Positions 16,685 to 24,232 of a stretch of DNA of 64,000 bases are shown piece by piece. Under the pieces are notes generated by a model. That model made no database searches and was not told the DNA's origin. It was given only the letters and a program-made list of their open reading frames with translations. The position numbers were made by a program, and so were the translations under genes. The stretch spans positions 32,001-96,000 of the IMG/VR virus record IMGVR_UViG_3300010279_000001, one strand, 5' to 3'. The number at the start of each line of letters is the position of its first letter. The stretch's first letter is position 1. This DNA comes from a virus. Its lineage: Duplodnaviria > Caudoviricetes.

Positions 16685-17308
16685 TTATGAAAAACTCATC
16701 TCGCCAGATTCATCGACATCAAACCGCCAGTCGTTGGCCTGGATGAGGCCGATCAAGTTCTCTGCCGTGAACTGTTCAAGATATGCCTCTTCAAGGCTTG
16801 CGTAAACCTTGCAAGATAGCTCCCGCACCGTCTCGGTGATCAACTCTTCCAGCTCTTCCACTTTGTCTTCTTGTTTGGCGGTCAGATCCAGCCAGGTAGC
16901 ATCAATATACCCGTTGATAGTATTTTCGTGACTATAGCGGCTGTATGCGTCACGTTCAACACTGGCTGATAGCTCGCCATCATGCATTGTTCCGAACAAG
17001 TGACGGATTGAGCGGAACTTAGTCAGCGCCTTGACTTTACGCAGGAATTTTTCCAGATCTACATTTTCAGCGCTAATTGATGCACCGTCGCCCTGACACC
17101 AAAAGCCGGACCAATGTACTTCAGTATCTTCAAGGCCATACTCTGGAAAAACATATTCTTTATAGTATTCAATTACACTTTCTGCGAAAAAGTTATCACC
17201 GCTATTTTCTTCCCTTTCGCGGACCATTTCAACGGCTTTTTCTTTTTGTTCGTCGGTCAGCACGTCGAAAGATAAATTGTAACCTGCAGTAATGTTAACG
17301 GTAGTCAT
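16685..17308 (-). CDS. acidic hypothetical protein (SGFWxQGDGA family, often annotated antitoxin-like on mobile elements)
   Basis: F..L.DE.KEKA and WSGFWCQGDGAS motifs recalled from MGE proteins; function uncertain. Confidence 0.6.
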   Translation of the reverse strand: MTTVNITAGYNLSFDVLTDEQKEKAVEMVREREENSGDNFFAESVIEYYKEYVFPEYGLEDTEVHWSGFWCQGDGASISAENVDLEKFLRKVKALTKFRSIRHLFGTMHDGELSASVERDAYSRYSHENTINGYIDATWLDLTAKQEDKVEELEELITETVRELSCKVYASLEEAYLEQFTAENLIGLIQANDWRFDVDESGEMSFS

Positions 17309-17384
17309 GATATTTTCTCCTGTTTTCTTTTAAGTGGTGGCGGGAATTGTTCCCACCTATGTGGTTAAGTATACTTGTTTAATC

Positions 17385-17645
17385 TTACTTGTCAACACTA
17401 TTTTTTAAATTATTGTGGCGTAAAAAGTTCAAGATCTCTTCAACATTGTCAACACGGCGGCAATTTTTGAACGCTACCAATTGCCCCAGGATTTTAATCA
17501 CCGGGCGGCCCTGGCAGTAGCCTTGAAGAAAGCGCGCCTTAACTTTATCGGTGGAACTATCACGCCACCAAACCGCTTTATTGTTGCAGTAGTAAAAATT
17601 ATTCAGGACTACATCAACTTTATCAAAATTTTTTAATTTACGCAT
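17385..17645 (-). CDS. early basic hypothetical protein
   Basis: AAGGAG RBS. Confidence 0.75.
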   Translation of the reverse strand: MRKLKNFDKVDVVLNNFYYCNNKAVWWRDSSTDKVKARFLQGYCQGRPVIKILGQLVAFKNCRRVDNVEEILNFLRHNNLKNSVDK

Positions 17646-17709
17646 GGTGTTTACTCCTTCTCTCGTTTAGATGCGGTTAGTATACCCTGGCTATTCCAGA
17701 TGTCAAGCC

Positions 17710-17880
17710 TTAAATTAAATCACTGTCAAAATAAACTGCTTCATTTTCATCAATGATCTCAATCTTTTTCTTTCCTAGCTCTAGGACCATGTACCAGGCT
17801 TGATCCTGAGCGGCGTTGAGATTATCATACCATGCAATATTAACGCCTTTTTCTGTTACGTAAAACATTTTATTTTCCAT
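17710..17880 (-). CDS. 56-aa hypothetical protein
   Basis: GGGGA RBS; manual translation MENKMFYVTEKG... Confidence 0.65.
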   Translation of the reverse strand: MENKMFYVTEKGVNIAWYDNLNAAQDQAWYMVLELGKKKIEIIDENEAVYFDSDLI

Positions 17881-17891
17881 AATGTTTCCCC

Positions 17892-17990
17892 TTATTTGGA
17901 ATTGCTAATGATAAAGCCTGCAAGCAAACAACCTATAACAAAACATAGGCCGCACATTATTAGTGGATTTTTAATCAGCTCGGTTAGCAT
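17892..17990 (-). CDS. 32-aa membrane peptide
   Basis: MLTELIKNPLIMCGLCFVIGCLLAGFIISNSK. Confidence 0.55.
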   Translation of the reverse strand: MLTELIKNPLIMCGLCFVIGCLLAGFIISNSK

Positions 17991-17995
17991 TTTAT

Positions 17996-18226
17996 TTACG
18001 CTTCCAATGTCATGATCTCGAACCTGGCTATAATAATCCCTACATCCACAAAGCATACAGGATCAACCATCTGGTTACATATAACCAGATGATCATCTTC
18101 CTCGTCGATGTACCAGTCATTATTGGCCTGTATTTCGTCCAGGTCATAGTAATGGCCTGCTTTGTATTTGCATTGTGCCTTGTAGTTAGAAAAATCGCAA
18201 TAGACCATGTTTTTTGTCTCCTGCAC
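17996..18226 (-). CDS. small hypothetical protein
   Basis: ORF; start uncertain. Confidence 0.65.
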   Translation of the reverse strand: MQETKNMVYCDFSNYKAQCKYKAGHYYDLDEIQANNDWYIDEEDDHLVICNQMVDPVCFVDVGIIIARFEIMTLEA

Positions 18227-18432
18227 CTTTCCCTTTCTTTAAATGCATCATGCTATAAAGTGTTATCCTTGTCAATGATATTTTTAACGCCATAAAACGG
18301 CCCTAGACGATGTTTTCAGGTTAAGGAAGGTGATTGCATAGGTGGGGGCGTTTATGGCTGTTGTAGGGCCAACCGGGGGCGCTATTTGAGGATAGAAATA
18401 AAAAGCCCCGCCATTGTGCGGGGCTATGGTTG

Positions 18433-18630
18433 TTATTCTTCTTTGTGTCGGTATCTTTCTGCCTGGCGTTCACGTTCAAGAAGCAAACCAGGTAACTTAC
18501 GGTCGTAATGGTTGCGCCATAGCTTGCCAAATCTTTTTGGTTTGTTTAGCTTGTTGTTACGCTGGCGGCGTTCCGGCAACTCTTCGGAATCATGGGAACG
18601 CTTTACAATTTTTTCGAAATTAATTTTCAT
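18433..18630 (-). CDS. T7 gp1.1-like small basic protein
   Basis: NFEK..KRS...KLNK.KR resembles T7 gp1.1 as recalled. Confidence 0.55.
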   Translation of the reverse strand: MKINFEKIVKRSHDSEELPERRQRNNKLNKPKRFGKLWRNHYDRKLPGLLLERERQAERYRHKEE

Positions 18631-18973
18631 AAATTCCCCCTTTGCTAATTTCAATATTTGCCTGAATCGCCCGGATACGACGTTTTATGACCTCCTGATC
18701 CTTGCAATCATATCCCCAAAAGTCTACGATCTTTGCGCCTCCGGCCTCTAGGCGATATAGTGTTTCTTGCATTTTGTAAGCGGGGATCGGTCGCGGTGTT
18801 ACCTGGTCGCCCTCCTTATTCTTATATTTGATAATATAATCTTCGTTATCGTTGAATACCCAAAATGGATATTCTGCAATAGTATTATTTTCTTTTTCGT
18901 TTTTAGATTGGATCTTATTTACAATTAATGCTGTTGCAATAGCTCCGATGATAAAACTTGCCCCACTAATCAT
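18620..18973 (-). CDS. membrane-anchored hypothetical protein
   Basis: AAGGAG RBS; N-terminal TM segment. Confidence 0.7.
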   Translation of the reverse strand: MISGASFIIGAIATALIVNKIQSKNEKENNTIAEYPFWVFNDNEDYIIKYKNKEGDQVTPRPIPAYKMQETLYRLEAGGAKIVDFWGYDCKDQEVIKRRIRAIQANIEISKGGIYEN

Positions 18974-19049
18974 AGTTCTTTCTCCTTTCATTGTGTTAAT
19001 AAATTATCTTTATAGATGGCCCTGTTACCAGGACCACCGAAAAAACAAT

Positions 19050-19295
19050 TTATTTCACAATCCCCACAAAACAGATCCCACCTTCACCAACATAAGCAAT
19101 ATCGGTAACTTTGTAATTGGTTAAGATTTGTTTATTCAGCTCATTAATAAAATCATCCATAGCTGCGGTGTAGTTGTCTTCCATATCCAAGGCATAATCC
19201 CAGGTATAAACCTTTTTACGTCCGAACCCTTTTACCATGATGCGGGCGCTTTTGGTGTTGGTCGGTGCATAGTGTTTGGTGATTAATGCTGCCAT
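19050..19295 (-). CDS. phage hypothetical protein (ITK...PTN...ARI motif)
   Basis: AAGGAG RBS. Confidence 0.8.
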   Translation of the reverse strand: MAALITKHYAPTNTKSARIMVKGFGRKKVYTWDYALDMEDNYTAAMDDFINELNKQILTNYKVTDIAYVGEGGICFVGIVK

Positions 19296-19332
19296 GATTT
19301 TAACTCCTTTGTAAGTGTTAACAGTTTTTTAG

Positions 19333-19376
19333 TTTACTTTATTGATGGCCCTGGTGTCAAGGCCATCTAAAAATAA
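19333..19376. repeat. 44-bp hairpin repeat, copy 2
   Basis: Identical to 15046-15089. Confidence 0.85.
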
Positions 19377-19378
19377 GC

Positions 19379-19729
19379 TTACTCGTTTTCTTCCAGCTCT
19401 GTAAGCTCTTCTTTCACTTCTTCAAGCTCTGCCTGCAATTCTTGATAGTCTTCATCGTCTTCAATATCCAAGCTATCAATATAATCGCTAAATCCGCAAC
19501 GGTAAGCGATAGGATCTAACTCACTAAGGATACGTGACGGAGAGAAAGAGATACAGCCGATCATAATTTCACCGTGGATCTCATCCAACCATTCATCATA
19601 TTTTTCGTCGTATTTGTCCTCGTCGATCTCGAAATTATCGATCTTGTCTTCAAGTTCTGCGATCTGTTTTTTCAGAGCAGCGATCTGCATAGCTTTTTCT
19701 GCGTCAGTCATAGTGATCGTGGTATTCAT
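19379..19729 (-). CDS. highly acidic early protein, DNA-mimic candidate
   Basis: About 37 D/E versus 9 K/R in 116 aa (manual count); AAGGAG RBS. Confidence 0.75.
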   Translation of the reverse strand: MNTTITMTDAEKAMQIAALKKQIAELEDKIDNFEIDEDKYDEKYDEWLDEIHGEIMIGCISFSPSRILSELDPIAYRCGFSDYIDSLDIEDDEDYQELQAELEEVKEELTELEENE

Positions 19730-19808
19730 AATGTTTTCTCCTTTTATGTGCTCTGGGATGTACTCCCGTTTACGTGTTTAAGTATACTGATTTAAGTTAG
19801 CTTGTCAA

Positions 19809-19925
19809 TTAAAAGTTTAAGAAAAATTTTGCAAAACTGTTAGCACTACTCATCAACATTCCCGCCAGGATATAACTAACAATGCAAGCAATTACAGTTA
19901 TTTTTGTATAACTATGTTTACTCAT
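19809..19925 (-). CDS. 38-aa membrane peptide
   Basis: GGGGAG RBS; MSKHSYTKITVIACIVSYILAGMLM... Confidence 0.55.
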   Translation of the reverse strand: MSKHSYTKITVIACIVSYILAGMLMSSANSFAKFFLNF

Positions 19926-19964
19926 CTTATATACTCCCCTTTTTGTAGTATTCTCTATATCTAA

Positions 19965-20010
19965 TTTATTTTATTTGATGGCCCTGGTTATCAAGGCCAT
20001 CTAAAAATAA
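19965..20010. repeat. hairpin repeat, copy 3 (variant loop)
   Basis: GATGGCCCTGGTTATCAAGGCCATCTAAAAATAA. Confidence 0.8.
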
Positions 20011-20012
20011 AC

Positions 20013-20399
20013 TCAGTAATTTTTCAACACTTTCCCGTCCAGTCTGTCAAGCTGGATCTCAATAGCTGCGGAGAATCTATTATACACCACGTCGCCCATG
20101 GAGTCCAACCAATCTATAATATTATATACTTGCTCCTTGTTCTTGCAAGTACGTATCCGTTTCATAACGTATGCCGGATCAATATTGTTACTTCCGTGTT
20201 TATGGTCTTGCGCCAGGCTTGCAATAGCTTTCACCACCACTTGAAAGGGCTTCAAGGTGCCTTTTGCGTTCATCTCACGCGCTTTTGCGGCGCGGTTGTT
20301 ATAGGTTACGATACGGCGGCAAATATTGACTAAATGCATGTCAATAATTTTTTCATCGTTTGCCAGCTCATTCATGATGCGACGGATATTTTTGTTCAT
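20013..20399 (-). CDS. early hypothetical protein
   Basis: AGGAG RBS, leader hairpin, promoter. Confidence 0.8.
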   Translation of the reverse strand: MNKNIRRIMNELANDEKIIDMHLVNICRRIVTYNNRAAKAREMNAKGTLKPFQVVVKAIASLAQDHKHGSNNIDPAYVMKRIRTCKNKEQVYNIIDWLDSMGDVVYNRFSAAIEIQLDRLDGKVLKNY

Positions 20400-20486
20400 A
20401 GTGTTTTCTCCTAGTTGTGTTGGCGGGAATGTTTCCCGCCTTTGATATCTAGTCTACTTAAATTTTGCGGCGTGTCAAACTATTTT

Positions 20487-20885
20487 TTATTCGTGGGCGC
20501 ATGTCACAATGTGCTTTTTATACCCCAGGTGGGCAGCAAGTGCTGACAAAAATTCTTCCTCATAGATCCAGCCGTTGGCAGTGATCCCCATAGCATTTAA
20601 TGCGCTTTCAAGTGCTGCGTTGGCCTTATCATAACCGTGTCCGCTGGCCTTGCCGCCAGTATAACCGTACTTATTGTTCTTGCTGTCGTGCATCCAAAAG
20701 ACGCAATAATGAGTGTTACCGCTAGAGGCGGCATAATACCGGATCTCGGCTACTTCGTGTAAATTATTATCATCGTCCAGGCCAACCAGATTATAAGCCT
20801 TGTAAAATCCACGATCACGGCGGCAGTTCTTGACATCAGAAAAAGAGAAGTCGGCATTGTCAAAATTAAAGGTTGTGGTTTTCAT
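20487..20885 (-). CDS. phage hypothetical protein (ASG.GYDK motif)
   Basis: GAGGA RBS. Confidence 0.8.
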   Translation of the reverse strand: MKTTTFNFDNADFSFSDVKNCRRDRGFYKAYNLVGLDDDNNLHEVAEIRYYAASSGNTHYCVFWMHDSKNNKYGYTGGKASGHGYDKANAALESALNAMGITANGWIYEEEFLSALAAHLGYKKHIVTCAHE

Positions 20886-20949
20886 GATTTTATCCTCTTA
20901 GTGTCTTTTGTGATTTCAGTATATTTTGTGTCGGGGAGTATGTCAATAC

Positions 20950-21147
20950 TTATTTTTTATTAAACCAGTGATTGATCTGACCTTTTGTCAGGGCGCAACG
21001 ATTAAGCTGTTGCAGGGTATAGCTATGACCGCGACGAAATTTATAAAGGCCTTGCCCGTTGTTGATGGTTACGTCTACCTGGCAAACCATTTGATCGGTG
21101 ACCACCTGGCGAGCGTTGCGACGTGCTTTGATTCCGTATACGTTCAT
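20950..21147 (-). CDS. early basic hypothetical protein
   Basis: GAGGA RBS before ATG 21147. Confidence 0.7.
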   Translation of the reverse strand: MNVYGIKARRNARQVVTDQMVCQVDVTINNGQGLYKFRRGHSYTLQQLNRCALTKGQINHWFNKK

Positions 21148-21228
21148 AATGTTTTCCTCTTTGCTAGTTAGTGCGGCGTTGTTCACCTTGTAGGGAAAGA
21201 ATACCAGGATTAACCAGGTTGTCAATAA

Positions 21229-21399
21229 CTATTTCAAATTATTTTTAGGGTAGAATTCACCAGCGGCAGCACCTGCAGCCTCAACCATCATTTTTTCATA
21301 GTCCAACCAGTTGACCAGGGCATCACGCGCCGCTTTCTCACGTCTTGCATCGATATCTTTACTGTTCACTACGATATCTTTTTTATCTTTACCTTTCAT
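21229..21399 (-). CDS. early hypothetical protein
   Basis: GGAGG RBS before ATG 21399. Confidence 0.65.
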   Translation of the reverse strand: MKGKDKKDIVVNSKDIDARREKAARDALVNWLDYEKMMVEAAGAAAGEFYPKNNLK

Positions 21400-21573
21400 T
21401 TTATTTTCCTCCCCTTGTTGGGTATCTCTTCTTCCTGATTCTTTTATACTACTCCCCAGGGCCTGGCGCAACCATTTTATAACTTTCCTCCCTGGTCCGG
21501 TCGGACATACCAGGCTGGCCCCGCCAGGCTGCAGCGGTTGGCGCACCTGGTTAGAAAATTTTTTGAAAAAGTG

Positions 21574-21665
21574 TTGACAGCGGCCCCGCCAGGTGGCATA
21601 ATGCACTCATCGAAAGGACGGCAGGCACCGGTGACGGGGGAGACAACCACCGGGGATGGGCGCTA
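21574..21665 (+). ncRNA. promoter TTGACA-17-CATAAT plus putative hairpin RNA, copy 2
   Basis: CCGGTG/CACCGG stem with loop ACGGGGGAGACAAC; no ORF. Confidence 0.5.
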
Positions 21666-21670
21666 TATAA

Positions 21671-21854
21671 AATGAGAACGGTTATCATTATCGTCTAAAA
21701 ATTTATGCGAAAAATCCTTGCTTTCTTTGTCCTGCGTGATACTATAATAACAAGCCGGGGCAACAGGGGCCGGGAGACAAACACCGGGCCTGCCCGTTAT
21801 TTAGCAAACGAGAATGATTATCATTCAAAATTCTAAATGAGAACTCCTCGCATT
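21671..21854. promoter_or_regulatory. three Fur-box-like sites
   Basis: 21671 AATGAGAACGGTTATCATT (16/18), 21807 AACGAGAATGATTATCATT (17/18), 21836 (14/18). Confidence 0.7.
21718..21800 (+). ncRNA. promoter TTGCTT-16-TACTAT plus putative hairpin RNA, copy 3
   Basis: GGGAGACAAACACCGGGCCTGCC is 22/23 identical to copy 1. Confidence 0.45.
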
Positions 21855-21896
21855 TACTAAATTTAATTAGCATGCTAATTACCTACCGTGACAATT

Positions 21897-22120
21897 CTAC
21901 ATAAAATAATACTCCATAAAATATTTCCATATAGAAATTTTGAAAATCTATTTCCGAAAACGAAAAATCGATTTCGTTCCCAAAAATTTCAGATCGATCG
22001 CCAGACCAATTTCCAGAAAATCCGATTCAGAAAACGAAAAACAGATCGAGTACTGAAAATTTATCGAGACAGATTTCTACAAAATCGGATAGCCAGAACG
22101 AAAAACAGATCGAGTACCGG
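21897..22120. repeat. phased A-tract region with a 21-bp direct repeat
   Basis: AACGAAAAACAGATCGAGTAC at 22033-22053 and 22097-22117. Confidence 0.75.
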
Positions 22121-22429
22121 GGAAGCTGTGCCGAAACTTGTCGATGGCAGTAAGCTTGTTGTGGTAAAGGTGCAAGGTTAAGCCAGATAAGCACAGGTGG
22201 AGGAGGGTATATGTACGATAGGTGCAAGAAGATGATTTAAAGGAACAGTGCTAACGAGTGGAGGATTAGGTAGGCGTGTACCTCTTGTGTGGGAAAAATC
22301 CATTTTAGTTTTCGATCCATTTTCTGATTTTCTAAGAATCTTGAAATATCTGGGCAGGTAAAATATCAAAAGGAGGAAATCCATTTTAGAAATCCTCCCG
22401 GTCTCTGGCAACCTACTAACTTAAAAATA

Positions 22430-22762
22430 TCAGGTTCCCAGTGTGTTCTTTCCTTTGTACAACCGTAAGGGTATAGTTTTTGTAACAGTCCATCTCCCCA
22501 CACCTTCCCAGTTCCAGTTGTAGGTATGGTACCCAGTTATGCATGCACTGCTAGAGTGGTCATAGGCATAAGAGAACGCTATACGCACCAAATGGAACCA
22601 GTCTTTCCACGGTTGTGGTCCGTAAGCTTTTCTCCAACACCGACACAAACTAAATGTCTCAAGAATAGGCAGGATAACAAATCCATACACAGCCACCAGA
22701 ATGGTCAACGCAATGATTGTCAGGAATACATACCCTGCAGTTGAAATGATGATCTCTGTCAT
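22430..22762 (-). CDS. membrane protein
   Basis: GGAGG RBS; N-terminal TM segment. Confidence 0.75.
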   Translation of the reverse strand: MTEIIISTAGYVFLTIIALTILVAVYGFVILPILETFSLCRCWRKAYGPQPWKDWFHLVRIAFSYAYDHSSSACITGYHTYNWNWEGVGRWTVTKTIPLRLYKGKNTLGT

Positions 22763-22962
22763 TCGTCCTCCCCCTTCTTACGGATATAGATATGTGATCC
22801 GGACTTGATATAAATTTCTCGACCGTCTTCCGTGTAGATGTGGAATACACGATCACCCGCATACTCTATACGAGATATCTTCATAACAGTCTTGCCACCT
22901 GGGATGCGGATCTCATCACCAACAGCAATGTTCCATGCAGATTTAAGCTTAAACATTAGCAT
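22759..22962 (-). CDS. small beta (SH3-like) hypothetical protein
   Basis: A..I.VGD.I pattern. Confidence 0.7.
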   Translation of the reverse strand: MLMFKLKSAWNIAVGDEIRIPGGKTVMKISRIEYAGDRVFHIYTEDGREIYIKSGSHIYIRKKGEDE

Positions 22963-23194
22963 CTCCCTTTGGTAGCTTGAACTCCGGCATAGCCATATAC
23001 GCTACAACAGGGTGGTGGTCAAAGTAGAACTGACCGTTAATTATTCCAGTCTTGTGCACATGTTCACCAGACCCTGCAAGAACAACCTCGCACACCCCAA
23101 AAGTAACATCGCCATCCTTATCAGCCATGGCTACGATATACTTTCCAAGGGGCATGTTTTTAACGCCATCCACGAATGTCCACTCTTTATTCAT
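22949..23194 (-). CDS. DUF551-like hypothetical protein
   Basis: W......MP...Y.V and VVAYM.MPE pattern. Confidence 0.6.
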   Translation of the reverse strand: MNKEWTFVDGVKNMPLGKYIVAMADKDGDVTFGVCEVVLAGSGEHVHKTGIINGQFYFDHHPVVAYMAMPEFKLPKGDANV

Positions 23195-23214
23195 TATCTC
23201 TCTCCTACACTCTT

Positions 23215-23571
23215 TTAAGGTAGCCAGTAAACAATATCGCCTTTCAGCTTCATGTCGTTTCCAACATAAATTTGCCAGCCATCCATCTTAGCCGTTGTAG
23301 GAGTAAAATCTTCAGAGCCTCTAACTTCTTTCCAGCAGTTATAGTCTGGCTGCCAGATATAAAATCCACCCTCTTTGTCCCATGCGCCGTACACCACGTT
23401 CCATAGGTTGCCCATTGCAACAATAGTGGGCCGTGGGAATAATACATCTACAGATGCGCCACAATTTCGGGTATCTTTTAAATTGCAATCCCAGAAGATG
23501 TCTGCCAGTGTAGCGGCGTTAGCTTTACGTCTTTCTAATGTTACCATAGCCTGATACTCACTTGTTGTCAA
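23215..23571 (-). CDS. hypothetical protein
   Basis: ORF in - operon; start uncertain. Confidence 0.7.
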   Translation of the reverse strand: MTTSEYQAMVTLERRKANAATLADIFWDCNLKDTRNCGASVDVLFPRPTIVAMGNLWNVVYGAWDKEGGFYIWQPDYNCWKEVRGSEDFTPTTAKMDGWQIYVGNDMKLKGDIVYWLP

Positions 23572-23749
23572 GAAGTTCTAAAACTTTCTGTTTTACTTTG
23601 TCGATGTCTGTTGATTCAAAAACTGTTCGGTATCCCCAACTTTGCCCATAGGAGTGGCTGCAATCTCCGTAACACCATTGTTCAACCTGGTAGTATTCAA
23701 GGAATTGGTGCTGCCTGACTATGATACCGTCTCGATTAAAAATCACCAT
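23558..23749 (-). CDS. hypothetical protein
   Basis: GAGGG RBS; promoter at 23787-23814. Confidence 0.7.
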   Translation of the reverse strand: MVIFNRDGIIVRQHQFLEYYQVEQWCYGDCSHSYGQSWGYRTVFESTDIDKVKQKVLELLDNK

Positions 23750-23818
23750 AATATGGTACCCTCTTTGCCTGTTAGTTTATGCTAGTATTATACACAACCT
23801 CTTTCAGATGTCAACCTT

Positions 23819-24013
23819 TTATAGATTGCTCCAGTATAATCGGCACTTGCACTTAGGGCAATGAGGTTCTTTTATGTAATATCCGTCAGTCTTTGGAACA
23901 CTTTTCGGTGCGGTTTTAATATTGTATTTGGTAAAGCACCGGAAGCAGGTTACCTCTCCAACCTGTTGGTCATTGACCCACTCACCAGAGTAAAGATCTT
24001 TCTTGTTTCTCAT
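23819..24013 (-). CDS. small zinc-ribbon protein
   Basis: CFRC and CPKC pairs; GAGGAG RBS. Confidence 0.7.
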   Translation of the reverse strand: MRNKKDLYSGEWVNDQQVGEVTCFRCFTKYNIKTAPKSVPKTDGYYIKEPHCPKCKCRLYWSNL

Positions 24014-24022
24014 AAGGTCTCC

Positions 24023-24232
24023 TCAATCCTCTACCAGAACAAATACCAGCTTTCCTGTGGACGTCCTTGCAAAGTGATATCCTGGATATTCATCACTCTT
24101 GTGTAGCCACCATGTGTCTCCGTCCGGAAGTTGAACAAGAATGGTATATTCGTTAGGCTCATCTATTACAGGATATTCTTCAAACAGTTCCCACTTATCC
24201 GATTGCGTGGATACACACATACAGGTCTTCAT
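24023..24232 (-). CDS. small SH3-like family protein
   Basis: ATG 24232 with GGAG RBS. Confidence 0.65.
   Translation of the reverse strand: MKTCMCVSTQSDKWELFEEYPVIDEPNEYTILVQLPDGDTWWLHKSDEYPGYHFARTSTGKLVFVLVED

Larger units (their letters stand above)
11195..20946 (-). promoter_or_regulatory. array of at least 13 sigma70 promoters driving the early region
   Basis: -10/-35 pairs at 11195-11223, 11935-11963, 12040-12067, 13261-13288, 13526-13553, 14190-14217, 15353-15380, 16649-16676, 17368-17395, 17679-17706, 19781-19808, 20451-20478, 20918-20946. Confidence 0.8.

Noticed and set aside
21888-22411. ORFs over the A-tract region
   Set aside because: Low-complexity K/R/F/N products generated by the repeats; no RBS.
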